DNA of 63,964 bases, filler included, from Thelocarpon superellum (GCA_026025795.1; 5 parts of 5 records of this genome joined end to end with filler, not necessarily neighbours in it), one strand, 5' to 3'; positions 23,647-37,029 are shown, numbered from the whole stretch's first letter. Notes: generated by a model not told the origin, from the letters alone. A program made the numbers and translations.

Positions 23647-26643
23647 TCATCTATCCCGTTCTTCTAGTGCGCGTTGTCGTGCTGTGGACCCGCGTAAGGA
23701 CGCCGAGAGACCAGCAAGGCTACCAAGATTGATCCGATCCAGTCCAATCCAGCGCGATCGGTGCCACGCCGTTGTGGGTGCCGACGACGCTCCGCCTCGC
23801 TCGAGGTCGGCGCGCAGTCGATCTTCTAATGTTACCGGAACGGGAAGCGTGGACGAGGGCGACTCATTTGCCGTCTCTGCCGCATGCCGTTGCATTGTCT
23901 CTTCGTCTTCCGCATCGTCTTCGTCGTCGTCGCGGTACGCCGGTCCCGCCAGCCCCGAGGACGATCCGTGCGCGAGAGAGCGAACGACATCTCCTTTGCA
24001 AATCGGGCAGGTTCGACGTCGAGTGGTCAGCCACGGGGTGCTGCGTAACTTCGGTCAGCGGGGACAAGGCGGCGCAACCGATGGGGTCACGTACATGCAC
24101 TCGGCGTGGAACTCGTGGCCACAGGGGAGACTCATGACTCGGCTGACACCATGGACATACTCTTCCAGGCACACAACGCACTCTACTTGCCTCCCGGTAT
24201 ATCGCCGTCGCCATTCGGGAGAGGTCAACGGAGATTTCTCAACGGCCGTTCGACGTGTTGACGCGGGACTTTGCATCGCGATCGGGCTCGACCGAGGGAC
24301 CTCGGCCGGCACCAGCACGCTCGACGCCGTTCGGGACCGTGGCCGTGGTCGCGAAGGCTCCGTTTCCAGGAGTGGCGAGCTCGCAGAGTCGGAGGTCGAG
24401 GTGCACACGCGCGTAGATGCGATGCTGGAGGCCGGGGAAATGGTCTGATAGGTCCGCACGGGGAGCCGCTCGACCACAGACTTGGGCGCCCGCCATCGGC
24501 GTCGGCGAATCCTCGACCGGAGGAGGAGGAGGGCGTAGACCACAGTCAACGTCACGAGAGGACTGACGACGAGCACGAGTAGGGTGTCGAAGAAGGGGCT
24601 AGCCGACATGGTCGTGGGCGTGAGTGTCACCCATAGGCCCTCGTGCTCGCTATCTTCGTTGGCCGTACTTCCTTCGACGTAGGACTCCGAGTCGTCAGTA
24701 TGACCCGCATGCCCTTGCATCGCCACTTTTGCTGATCCAGCCGGATCGGCCCGAGAGTCATCCGGGAAGGTTGAAGCGCCATCATCTTCATGCCAAGGCA
24801 TGCGGTTGAACCAGCCTTGATGCTCGCTCTTCTGACTGGGGCCGCCTGCTTGGTCGGGTGCCGGCTTGTGCATGCCATCCGACGGGGCCTTGCGATTGTC
24901 CGGCGTGACGCCTTCGGGTCGTTCATACTCCCCGCTGCCGGGCGTGATGCTGCCGCCCTTGAGTGCATTCGCGTTCCCTACCCGATCCGTCTCCGTCTTG
25001 GCGACACCGTGCTTCGGCACCGGCTTGGACTCGGACAGGGTCCAGGAGGATTGCGTCTTGGACTCGTTCGAGCTTTGCGACGGCTGCTTTGCGTTCGGCT
25101 TGGCGGGCGAATTCCCGTCTCGGGGGGGCGCAAGGCCGATGAGGTCGGGGTCTCGCCAGTCCTGCACGCCGATCACGAATCCATCCGAATGGACCGGAAC
25201 GGTGCCCGCCGGGCCCGTCTTGTGACCCTGCCCACCTTTCTTGCCCGGATTAGGTGTGCCGTTGCTCGCCGGTGCGGACGGGTTGGCTTTGGCCGGCGCC
25301 GCGGCATCTTCGGCCCAGTCCTCCACCAAGACCCAGTTCAGCTGGCCACTGCTGGGAGGTCGCCTGCTGTCTTTCTGAATATCAGCGCCTGCTCCGCCAC
25401 CCACCAGTCCCAATTTTGCGAGTGCGGATCGCAGCCAGCCGGTGTTCTCCTTGACCGGGAATGGAGTCTCGGCTTCGACCAACGCGTTGCCCCGGGCCTT
25501 GCCCATGCGGCTGCTCATTGTCGGCCTTGGTAGCGCTCGGCTTGGGGTAAAGGTGGGCCGGTCTTTGAGATCCTTCGCTGGGTTGGGCGCCTTCATTCCA
25601 GAGGAGAGAACTGGGGTTGTCCGTCCGCTTTCTTTGATCGGTGCCTTGAGACCAGTCACCCTGGTCCCCTCCTCCGGCGAGCGCTCCGGAGGAATGAGCG
25701 ACGACAGAAGGTGGGCGGTCGTGTGGGAGGTAAAGAGCGACGGGATTGAGACGTTCGATGTATCGCCTTGAGCGTACATGGTCACTAGACCCCCCCCTCG
25801 GGTATTATCCCCCACGATCAAGGCGATGCCACCACGGCGCTGGACCCACTTGACTTTCTCCAGGAAGCCGCATCCGCCCCGGCTGAGGAGGACGATCTGG
25901 CCCGCAATTTCGGCACTCTCCTGAAGAGACTGAATATCGGCGTGATGTGCCGATTTGCCGGCCGCATCGGACGGTACATGGTGAGCGATCTGGCCCGGCT
26001 TGGAGGACTGCAGCACATCCGAGCTAGGGAGAGGGTGGTGTAGGTAGTCGTCAGTACCGTCGTCGATGGCTACATTGTCGTCTGCCGCCGGGGCCATCTC
26101 GTCTGTAGGTTCCATATCATCTTCGGCCCGTTGGCTTCTGCGTCGTTTATCGTTGCTCCGATGTTCTGGTTTGACGACGATGCCCGTAACATCGTCGGCA
26201 GGGTCTTGTCCGGGCGGTCGCCGGCCGCCATCTCCAGGTTTGCGCATGCCGTGGCTCCAGCCTGGAACGTCGCTACATCCGAGCTCACCCTCAGCCCCCG
26301 GAACGGCGCCACCGCCCCGTCCGGTGTTGTCATCTCCAAACCCGCTGCCAACCCACAGCCGTCCGCTCAAGCCTTCGGGGGACAGGAGCGGCCCAAATGC
26401 GGCGGGACGTGCGAGGAAGAAGGTCGAGTTCTCGTCGGTCAAGCTGATGATGGCCGAGGGAGGGAAGAGGGAGAAGGGCGAGTGGAAGGAGAACAAGGCG
26501 CGAATGCCCGTCTTCGGCTCGGTTGAGGAGGTGGTGGCTTTCGGGCCATGGCCGCGCGAGGCGCCTAGCAGAGAGAGCAAGGTCACGAAGATCGGAAGGG
26601 CTATGAAGCAGAGCAGGAGAAGGATCAATCGTGGCGGACGCAT
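23647..26643 (-). CDS. PA-domain / transmembrane / RING-H2 E3 ubiquitin ligase
   Basis: N-terminal signal anchor, PA motif IVLLSRGGCGFLEKVKWVQRRGG, TM segment LLVLVVSPLVTLTVVYALLLL. RING-H2 reads CVVCLEEY...LPCGHEFHAEC|ITPWL..RRTCPICK across intron 24094-24041. Confidence 0.92.
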
Positions 26644-27430
26644 GTTGGCAGCGTTGTCACGCGGAGGCGAGGAATGAGGGACTCAGCTCATGGGCTCGGG
26701 GGGAACGCGGACGCCTCACATCCGCGATGGAGGTGAGGAGACGCCGAACGGAACCGGGAGATGGGAGGAACAAGATGCAGGGTTGGTCAAGTGGCCCGGA
26801 GAGCAGGGTCGGTGGGGGATGAGGCTGCTCGTGCGGTCATGCTCTCGTGTACAGCGAACGGGGGGCCGGGTGACAACGCTACGGTGGCGGGTAGGGCGAA
26901 ACAGGGCATTGTATGGAGGTGAAGCCTTCGCACGTGACTACAAGCCCACCGTACGGAAAATTAACACTACGCGCTTATCCGACCCCACCCAAAACTGCGC
27001 CCGGGTCGACATCACTTCCGCAGCTAAAAAGTGCGTGAAGGTACACTCAAAAAAGCTCTAACTTCTGGTTTTGAATGAGAAGTGGGCGATTGCGCATCGA
27101 TTGCACAGATAAAAATCTAAAACACGTGACGAGTGCGGGGGGGTGAACATTTGTATGGGAAAGAGGATTTTGTATGGGGATTAGGTATTCATCGAGCATC
27201 TTGGTGGTTGTGGATGTTCGTGAGTCGACCTAGTGCGCGGTTTTCTGGGGTTGAGTTGAACGAGGATGCACGCCCGACCGGTAACAGTTACTTGGCCCAG
27301 GTTTGCCGGGTATGGTGCGGGCTTCGCATGGGATTTGGCACTACGAAATACGGTGAGCGGTATGTGCAAGAGTACAGACATCCGCTGCTACGGCAGCCCC
27401 CCAAGCGACTAGGTCGGCTGCACAGGATGG

Positions 27431-27530
27431 NNNNNNNNNNNNNNNNNNNNNNNNNNNNNNNNNNNNNNNNNNNNTTAATTAATTAANNNNNNNNNNNNNN
27501 NNNNNNNNNNNNNNNNNNNNNNNNNNNNNN
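27431..27530. other. Artificial contig spacer
   Basis: N44-TTAATTAATTAA-N44. Confidence 0.99.
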
Positions 27531-27609
27531 GTCCCCCACCAAACATCACCTATGGTGTTGTCCAGCTGCACACGACGCTCAATCGTCGTTCGTTCTCCAT
27601 CTTCAAGGC

Positions 27610-28869
27610 TCATCTCTCTCCCTCCCTCCACGCTCTCCCCGCCTCTTCGGCCCTCAATCTCGGATCAGCCCCCCTCAGCTCCGCGGCCGCAAGTCTGGCC
27701 TCGAGCTCGCGCTTCAACGCGTCGATCTGGTCGCGCAGGTAGATGTCACGTCCCAGAGCGGGTGTCTCCACTGGCGCAGGAGGCGAGGAGAACGGTCCGG
27801 TCGGCCGTGACGTGGACATGGCGGCGTGGTATCTTCGCAGCGCGTCATCTTGCCGGTGCCACTCGTTCAGGTCATGTTCGAGCGTCTTCTGGCGCTGGTG
27901 CAGGCTCGTGTGATCGCCGTACGCCTCGTCGCTGCCGAAACAGAGCCCGAAGCCGTCGCAGTAGCAGATGTGCTCCGCGGGACACAGCACGCTTTTCCCC
28001 GTAAACACAAACTGCCAGAGGTACTCCCAGATGCGTCCGGAGTAGTAGTCCGTCAGCGGCGTGCGGAGGAGCCAGTCACGATAGGAGATGAACTCCGCCA
28101 GCGGGATGGCGCGGAGACGCTCGCGCGACACGGCGAACTGCGCGCAGCATGGCTGCGCGAGACTCTCGGGGACCGGGATGGACGGGAAGATCTGCCGCCA
28201 TTGGCGCGCCATGATGCTCTGCATCTGGTGGAAGTCCGGCTCGGTCGACAGCGGGTGCAGGTGGCCGGGGCAGCCCTCGTGCCAGTGGCAGCGCAGATTC
28301 ATGTAGCCTTCGCGCACCACGCGCTCGTTGCTCAGCGTCTTGACGAGCCGTACGGCGTCAGCGCCCTGCAGGTCGTTGTTGTGGTGCGTCCAGCGGTGCG
28401 AGTGCATGAAGAGCACAATCTCCGGTAAGGCGTCGTAGTGGTCGATGATGTACGTGAGGTAGATCATCACCTCGTGCCCCTTGTTGCGTGGTGGGTGCAA
28501 CGAGGCGGTGGGGTCGTCCGCCACGTAGATGACAGCCTCCTCCTGCGGCAGCTCCTCCTCGATCCACGACACGTTCTCGGACTTGATCCGCGCGATGACG
28601 AGCACTCGAGTGTAATTGGATCCGGGCAGTTTCACGACGCCAGGGCGGAACGTCGGACGAGCTTCTTCTCCTTGTACAGCTGTTGACTGGACCTTGTGCT
28701 CCGTCGGTCCTCTATGATCGCTTCCGGCCTGTTGCTCGCCGCTGCCAGGGATCGACACGTATGCGCCGAAGTCAGACCGAGTGGTGTTGCCGAACCCAAC
28801 ATAGGTGAAGACGCCGCAGAAGATGATGACGGCCCCGATTAGCAAGTAGAGACGTCGTGGAATGGCCAT
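27610..28869 (-). CDS. DUF3431 family type II membrane protein
   Basis: Single 419-aa ORF with an N-terminal TM anchor. Motifs NKGHEVMIYLTYIIDHYDALP, LFMHSHR, GYMNLRCHW..GCP, QPCCAQFAVSRERL and SGRIWEYLWQ. Confidence 0.9.
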   Translation of the reverse strand: MAIPRRLYLLIGAVIIFCGVFTYVGFGNTTRSDFGAYVSIPGSGEQQAGSDHRGPTEHKVQSTAVQGEEARPTFRPGVVKLPGSNYTRVLVIARIKSENVSWIEEELPQEEAVIYVADDPTASLHPPRNKGHEVMIYLTYIIDHYDALPEIVLFMHSHRWTHHNNDLQGADAVRLVKTLSNERVVREGYMNLRCHWHEGCPGHLHPLSTEPDFHQMQSIMARQWRQIFPSIPVPESLAQPCCAQFAVSRERLRAIPLAEFISYRDWLLRTPLTDYYSGRIWEYLWQFVFTGKSVLCPAEHICYCDGFGLCFGSDEAYGDHTSLHQRQKTLEHDLNEWHRQDDALRRYHAAMSTSRPTGPFSSPPAPVETPALGRDIYLRDQIDALKRELEARLAAAELRGADPRLRAEEAGRAWREGER

Positions 28870-29424
28870 GGCGTGATGCGGATGCTCGTGGACCGTGTGA
28901 GTGGCTAATCATCCGTCTGTCGGGGTGTTTGTGTGGGGATGACTGACAACCATGCATGGCTCGCATCTACTGCTGATGGCCCAGGAGAGAAGAAACACAA
29001 GGACTGCATCCTGTAGCCGACCGCCGCGGTCCCGTCGAGGACATGTCTGCTTGACTAGTCAATGAGGAAAGGGCGGGTACGCGGTCGCAACGTGGCCTCC
29101 GGAAACGACGAGTCACCAACGAATCACTTCAGGCATCCAGAATTGCATCATCTCCCGTACCACGCACCAGGCCATTTAATTCGCATGAGAACGGAAGCTT
29201 CTACGCACAAACACAACGCCGTGAGGCATGGGCCTGGCGGAGAACCTGCATCTAGATCCTCTCCAACTTCTTCCGTGAGTCTCAACGCCAACGAGATTCG
29301 GGAGCGACGGGTGAGAGAGCAAAGGGTATAGGAAAACGGCGCCGTGACACTCAAGTCGACACGTACAGGCGAGACCAAACAAACATCCTCCTCATCACGC
29401 AGACATGAGCAAGCCTCCGCTGCC

Positions 29425-31897
29425 TTACTCAATCCTCACCGACAACACGGATTGGTTGGTATGCGTAGGAGACGGCGGCGGGTTCAACGAATCGTTCCGG
29501 GCACTGTAGATTTTGGATGCACTCTGGGGGACAAAGGACTCGTGGTCCACAGGGCCGGGGCGGTAGTGGCGCTGCTTGCTCTGCGGCCGGACAGCGTCTG
29601 CGTTGACCGGAGGCGCTTCACGCCAACGTCGAACGTGCTCCTTCTCCTCGTCCACGAGCACGATCATCCAGACCCCGATGTTGCCATTGCTGCCCTGCAA
29701 CGGCGTACAGTGAACCCATCTCGCTCGGCCCTCCTCGTCCAATCGGGCGAGCCAGCGGATCCGCGCCGTGACGCCACGACCTTCCGCGAGCGCCTGAGTG
29801 AGTTCTTCGCGCACCCGGTTGCTTCCGCCAATCCGGTTCATGAAGGGCGATTGGAGGATGCCCGGCACGCGCAGCGACGGGGACGCGAAGAGAATGCGCA
29901 GGGAAGGATGTGGTCGAACGAGGAGATACTGTTGGGGCTCAGTCAGACGATTCACCATCGGGTTGGGTCAGCAGACTCACGTGTTCGTAGACGCCAGCCA
30001 GCCGGCCGCTCAAGGCGCGAGTGGGAAGCGCACTGTGGCTCGACTCTGGGGAATCCGAGGCTAGCATCAATCTCGGCTTCTGCCAGTTGATGCTCTGTGC
30101 GTCAGTCTCCTCGTCTTGAGGGTCGCGATGCATCTTCCCGCCCCATCGGCGCACGGTCTCGAGCTCGTGGAGGTTGAGAATCTCGCTCAGGTGCTGGAAT
30201 GCCGGCGTGTCCGGCTCCGGCGGGGTCGGACCCTTCTTCTCTTGCTCTTCGCGCTCGACCAGTTGGCGCAACGACTCGAGATCCGTGCAGTCCTTGACAA
30301 CACCGCTGACGTCAACTTGCGCGCCGATGAAGTAGCGGAGTTGGCCACGGCTGTCGGTGAGCGGTGCACACATCAACAGGTTCATGAATGGAGACCCATC
30401 TCGTCGACTACAGACGAGCCGTCGAGTTAGCACCCTCTCGGCAGATGATCCGCGCGGGAACGTACTAGTTGAGGAAGACCTCGCAACACTCGCGTCCTGA
30501 GGTGATGGCCTCGCGCAGCCTTTGCACACTCCGTGGGTTGGTCCGCGGTCCCTGCAGGAAGCGGCAATTTCGGCCAATGACGTAGCTCATGCCGTACTGG
30601 GTTGTCCGGTGGAATTCTGCGTGCTCTCATGTCAGCGGCTGCGCATCGATTGGGGTGCCCTGCGAGCACTACCTTCGGACGCAAAGACGATGGGATTGTC
30701 CGCACGAGAGGGATCGGTTAGACAGAACACTTCGGCCAGCCCTTCCGAGGCCTCCCGCAGGTGATGAGGGAGGGTGCCGGTGATGCGTCGGGTGATGCTT
30801 AGGCTGACGATGCGGGTGTACATATGCGTCACATAGGCGGGGAGGTCGTCCAGCACCATGGCATCAAAGGCCTCGCTAGCCTTCTCCTCAAGGACGGAGT
30901 TCACGGTGGGATACGGAGGGAAGGCGGTGAAGTCCTGGTCCTTGACGGGCACGAGGGTCTCGGCAATGGCGTTGGCATACTTGATGGCACGCAGGGCCTT
31001 GGTGGAATCCAAGTAGTAGATCAATAGCGGCACGGATCGGGGCCGGTGCCGGCTAAGGAAGGAGGTGAACTGCAGAAGCAGCTGCGGGTCGGAGAAGATG
31101 AGTTCGAGGTGCTTCCGCGAGAAGAGCTGGTCCGACCGAGATTCGAGCGAGAAGGCCTGGGACTTGGCACTGGCGTTGGCAGGCGTCACCAGGTTGAAGG
31201 AGCTGGGATCGTCCTCGACAAGCGGTTCGAGCTGGTCGTTCTCGTCCGGTGGGCCTTTGGTTTGCAGAGCGGGCAGGGTGGAGGTTGCTTTGGTCTCATC
31301 GCTGGCGGCGGACGACGTCGATCCGCTCCTGGACCCCATTTGATGCGACGCCGGCGACCGGCCCGACGATGCACGCTCGGGTCTGGATGGATGGTTAGAC
31401 AAGACCTCGTCACGGCAGCGTTCGAGGAGACAGAGCGGTACGGCCGAGCTAGGCAGATATGGAATGGTGAAAGGAGAGAGAGGGGTTGCGTGCCTTGTGC
31501 GGACAGGAAACTGGATCGACCGTTGATGCATATCTGGTACCGCCGGAGTCTCGTCGGCTTCGGTCGGAAAGGGAAAGTTGTTCGACGGCGCCGTCTTAGG
31601 CCGGGACGAATCCGGCGAGGAATACTCTCGGCCAAAGTCGGGCAGATTGAAGTTCGACACCGTTGCGCCCTCGGGCAGAGGTCCTTTGTCTCCAAAGACG
31701 CCTCGTACCGGAGACGTGGGACCGATGGGATGGCGATTTAACGGATTGCGGGCGGATCGCTCGGGGTCGGGGGCAGGATACTGGTACAATGAGCGTTGGT
31801 GACTTCCAAACATCTTGCCGGTGGGGAAGAAGGCAGCGCGTGGTGATGCAGACGGCGAGGTCGAGGAACGGATGCCACCCACGAGAGGATATACCAT
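29425..31897 (-). CDS. RGS-LOV blue-light photoreceptor (RGS-like + LOV + C-terminal PAS-like domain); start codon uncertain
   Basis: Introns at 30672-30617, 30465-30408 and 29980-29929. The spliced LOV domain reads FCLTDPSRADNPIVFASEEF...IGRNCRFLQG...FLNYRRDGSPFMNLL...YFIGAQVDVS, with the photoactive Cys and signalling Gln intact. An upstream helical RGS-like block is present. Alternative starts at 31813 or 31944. Confidence 0.9.
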
Positions 31898-34349
31898 GGC
31901 TGATGAGGTTGGGAAGTCCTGGTACTCACCAACGAATAGACCATGTTCCGATCAGCCCAGCTGCTCTTAGGCCGCGCCGGCGATGACGAGGATGAAGCTC
32001 GTTTGCGTTATGGCGCGGCCGCGTGAAGAAGCCCTCCAGGGTGGGACGGCCAGGATCGGAGAGGCTAATGCGGCGCCTTGGGCTGACCGGGGTCTGCTGG
32101 TAGGCTCATATCAACGCCACGACGGGCCCCCATCTGAGCTCACAACGACAATCGGAGGTTGGGACAACGGGGCGCGGTCCGGGGCCTTCAGGGGACCCGG
32201 ATCGTGGCGTGGAGCGAGCGACCGGCGATGGAGTGCCCTGCCCGATCCATCGACGCGGAAGCAGATTTAGGTTGCCTGGATCTGACCATACTTGTACACT
32301 TAGGGCAGAGTCGTCCGGTCCACGTCTGCTTTTGCTTCGCGCGAGCTTTGGAAAGCCAACGCGACGACTCCGTGGGGAGCAACGAGTACGAGACTCGTAC
32401 GAGGATGCCGGGGCGCGGGCCAAAACTCAATCTCTATTCCCCGAGCCCCAACTTGGCGAGCGCATAGTCCGCACAAGCCCGCGCACGCCTCCGTCACACC
32501 CTTGGCGACCGTCGTAGTCCAATGGCGTGAGCCATGGTGGGATCGGGCATCAGAGTCAGGACCATTACGGGCTAGACACGACCTTGGGCCAGACCCAGGA
32601 CCTCTGCACGACTGGCTGTAGGGGGGAGGACGTTTCTTATCACAAGAAGCACGCAAGCAATCAGTTGCGAAAAGGGGATAGGTCAAGAATCGAGGTGGTA
32701 CCAGGACTGGTACAAGTAGGAGGCGAAGGCGAGTGCGAGTGCGAGTGTCTTTCCGGCGCCCACCGGCACCTACTGCTACTAAGTAGGTACCGGTTGGTAC
32801 ATGTAGTACCGGCTCGTTGACGTGAAGGGGTCCAACAAGGTCGCTCGTCCGAGGAAACGAAACGCGCCGCAAAGATTTCCCGGCTCGAAGTACCAAGATC
32901 GAGTCGCTGCTCCGTTGTGTCGGTACGTAATGGAAAATGGCTCGTCGGAACCGTTTTCCCCCTGAGCCATGTCACAATTCGCCGTCCGATTCGATTCCGA
33001 ACCAGACGGTCTGGCTCAGCGCCACGCAGGCCCCATTGGCTGTCAAGGCCCTTGGGCGAGCTGCGGCGGAAGTCGGTACGACTGCCGTGCCTGCACAAGG
33101 GTGCAGCCCCCTGTAGCAGCGACGAGCTGGCGTTCATCCTTGTCTGCCCGTCCGCGCCGCCGTACCGCCAGTTAGCTACCATCGGCCGGGCCCGGGCCAT
33201 CACCCTTGCTCCCCGGGAGCTTCGGCCAGTAAGCGCCGCGTCGAGATTTCTCGGTGACGCTGCGACAGCGGGACAGCGCCCGTTTGCTCGCCACAAAGTA
33301 TGTCTTCCTGTAAGATACCATACTTGTAGATGGACGGTGACCGCACGAGCACATATTATTGGCGATCAAGCATGGGTCTTCATCGCCGGGGAGTTGGAAG
33401 CGGGTACGAATGAACATGACGTCTTCGTACCACAGTATCCTGCAACCGCCGCAGCGGAAGCACGATGTGGCATGGGGCGAGGAGCGCCGGGAGCTCCAAG
33501 GTACAGGCTCGCTTAAAGTGTAATAACGGCCAAGCTTCACCGCGGCTGCGGCCCATCAGCTGGCGACCAGACTGGAGGTTATTATCCGAAAGGTTGCTGA
33601 AAGGCACGGCGCGCGCCGTGTCTTCAGCAAAGCCTCTCCAATCATGGTAATGAAGAGCACAAAGCTCGGCATTGCCCGGGTCGACGGGAGGAAGATGTGA
33701 GCCGTGACGGCCAGGCAGAGCCAAGGTTCGATCTAGGATCTCGACCTAATGAGTCGAGGTCTTGGCCACATTTTGGTCTAGCGTGGTGAAAAGCTTCACG
33801 GTGGTCCTGCACGCACACCCCAGTCCATCCACGAACCTTTCCCCCGGGACGTCGGGACGAACGCGTCCGCCACGCCGCGTTACCGGTTCCCGCCTGGTAC
33901 GAAGTCTCATGCCCACCTTGTACCCGTACCATACATGGACATCGCACGGTCGGCAATCGTACGAGGAACACTCCATCCTCATATCGTACGTCGTTACGTC
34001 TGACGAGTTGGCTGACACCAGACGCTATTGGCTTGGTTGGCCTGTCCTCCTCGACAGGCAGGTATCATTCTTCAGGTTACCCATACACCACACGGCCCCT
34101 TTGGCGCAATACACGGACCCAAGAAGACGTGGTCGTTGTGCGAGGATCATGCCATGGTTAGGCGCAGCTGTACGGCCCGACTCGTAAAACATGCGCCAGA
34201 CCTTGCGCTGCCCATTTCTCCTGGTCACGCCAAACGCTACTAATACTACTCGTATCAGAGACGACTGAATCGAATCACAGCCCACGAGGCTGGGCGGGAT
34301 GAAATGGCGAACCAAGATGGCAAAGGAGCCAATGGTAGCCAGCGCTCTC

Positions 34350-37029
34350 TTATGATTGAATGTCATCGATGATTTCTTCCACCGTCGCCGCCCGTGCCTT
34401 ACCCTTGCCTTGACTAGCGTCGCCAGCGGGAGAGCCCTGGCTGTCGGGGCTGGACACCCTAGCGTCGGAGACGTCCACGCTACCGCCCACGTTGTCTGGC
34501 TTGACCGACTCTGCGGGCGCATCTGGGTGTGCGGCACCCCAGCTTGGGATATTTGTATTAGTGTCTTCTTGAGGACGAGACGTACGAGACGTCGGACCCG
34601 TTGTTGCGGTCCCCGCTGAGGCATGTGGCGGGCTGCGCCCGGGTGCGGCCATTGTGGACCCTTGGACGACGGTCTGGGATGACATCGGCGACCTTTGGGC
34701 CAGACTAGCTCCCGGTACCGTCCTCGACTGCGTCGACTCGTCGCGATCGTTCTCCGTACTCGCGAAGGGCCCGCGCAGATCAAGACCCAGAAGTGGGGTG
34801 TCGGTGGCGGCGGTGGTTGTATCCGCCACGGGTACGCCCGACGCTGGCTCAGTTACCGCGACTCCCTGACTTGCCACGCTCCCGTCGACCCGAGTGAGCG
34901 GTAGAACCGTCCACCCCGGGGGGAGGGTCATGTGGGCCGGCAATTCAGGGTGCCCCGGTCCCATGGCCGGCCGCTGGGGCACGGCCATGTGAGACTGGCC
35001 CGATATCAGCGGCGGGCGAGCCGTTGGAGGCAACCATGGGTTGGGAGCGTAGGGCGTCGTGAGGCCTCGACCCGGTCCTCCTTGCGCCTGTCGGATCCGA
35101 CCCAGTTCGGCTTGCAGCGCCTGTACCAGCCGCAGCTGGTCCGCCGTCGCGCGGAGGTTGGTGATCTCGAGATTGATCTGGTGTTCCATCTGATGCAGCT
35201 GCGTTTGCATCGGTACCTGGCTTGTGGTCGGGTGAAGTGGCGCGGCGGGTTGGGCGGGAGCGGGAGGTGCAGGCACTCGACCAAACCCAAGTCCGAAGCC
35301 GAAGTGTGTTCGGCCATCGTTGGCGCCAGGTCCGGCCACCGGATTGGCAGGTGGAACGGGGCCCGCCTGCCCGTTCTGAATCTGCTGGGCCAAATTTTCG
35401 AATACGTCGTTCTGGCCGACGCCGAAGCCGATACGCAGTGGACCAAAATTGACCACGCGCGCCCGGTTTCGGGGATTGGCGGCGGCATCCGGCTGCCCAT
35501 GGCCAGCCGGCGCTGCCCCGCCTTCCTGCTGAGGTCGATGGTGCCGACCCGCGTTGGCCTCCCGAGCCCCGCGTCTGCCCTCCCGCTCGCCGTTGCCCAC
35601 CACGATCTGATCCGTCACAATCACCGGCCGTCGACACGTCGGACAGATCTGCTGCCGCTCCAGCCAGCTCCGTAAACAGCCGAAGTGAAGAATGTGGCCA
35701 CACGGCAGCTTCTTCGGGCGCGAGCGCTCGTCAACGCGAGTCGTCACGGCGGCGGCATCGGCTGGACGGGCTTGATCTTCGGCGGCCCAAGGCCTCATCT
35801 CCTCGCGGCAAATGATGCACACCTCGCCGCGGCCGACCTCCTCAGGGGAGGCATCAGGATAGCGCTCGTTCATGTCCTTGGTCGCACGCCGGTACCGCAT
35901 GAAATCGGTGATGCGCTTGAAGAAGGAGCGTAGGGTCAGGAAGACGTCCCGCATGATGTGGATCGGGAGGCCGTAGAATGTCAGGAGGATGAAGAAGAAG
36001 GAGAGATAGACGACGAGTTTGAGAAAGTCTAGCCACGCTGTCAGCATCTGTCTCGATCGAGCTCATCCGCAAGTCGGAGGGGGTGCTGACCCGTGAGCAG
36101 GTCAAGGCAGACGATCCATTGACCTTTCTCCTCCCATCCCGGCACGTCGATGTCCATCTCATCGATCTCATCCTCCACTTCGGGCAGGCCATTTGCGGCG
36201 GTCGATGCTTGCTGGCCTGATGCCGCTCTTGCCGCCCGCAGCTCCGCTCTCCGCGCCTCGAGCTTCGCTTGGGTTTGCCGCTTGATAATGTAGGTCTCGG
36301 CCAAGGAGATGGCATAACGAGCGGTGGTGGACGACGAGGAGATGGTCAAGACGGCGAATTCGAAGACGAACATGACCATCATGCTCGCACGCGCCATGTC
36401 CAGGACGGTCAGGACGGCGTAGCGGAGGAGGCACAGGTCCAGCGCCATGGATAGGAAGAGGGAGAAGGAGAGGCGGGCGTGAAAGAGGGTCGGATTGGTC
36501 GGTGGCTGCTGTTCGAGGACTTCGACCCGGCCTTCGCCGATCCAGCCCCACACTTTGCCGACCAGTAGGGCGATGAACATGACCAAGAACCATCCGCCAA
36601 CCTCATCGCGGAAGATGGTCATGGCTAGACAGGTCTCGGTGATGGCGAACCAGGCCTTCTCGTACAGCTGCTCGATCTCGATCGGTCGGAGCGGGCCATA
36701 GAGCAGACGCTGAAGGCCAACCATGCCCATACACAGGATGAGCAAGAGCAGGTTGGTCAGGATCTGGTCCCGTCAGATCTCCGCCTGGACAATCGGGGAA
36801 GTGGGGCCGAAAGGGATGACGTACCATGAGACAGGCATTGCTCTGGGCCAGGTATACCGCCGCGGAATAGAAGTTTGCGCGCTGGTGAAAGGCACGTATG
36901 ATGACTGCCGTCGCCAGGACGGTGGAGGTCTGAATGCGCGGCCAAGGCGATTAGCTGGTGCACAGCGGAGCTTGGACCGGGCGGGAGAGCTATGACGCTT
37001 ACCCCGGCGTACGCAGCGAGCCTACTCAT
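34350..37029 (-). CDS. HRD1: ERAD E3 ubiquitin ligase Hrd1 (synoviolin)
   Basis: Multi-exon. Motifs [64 protein letters not shown] and the RING-H2 CIICREEM...[29 protein letters not shown]. Confidence 0.95.
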
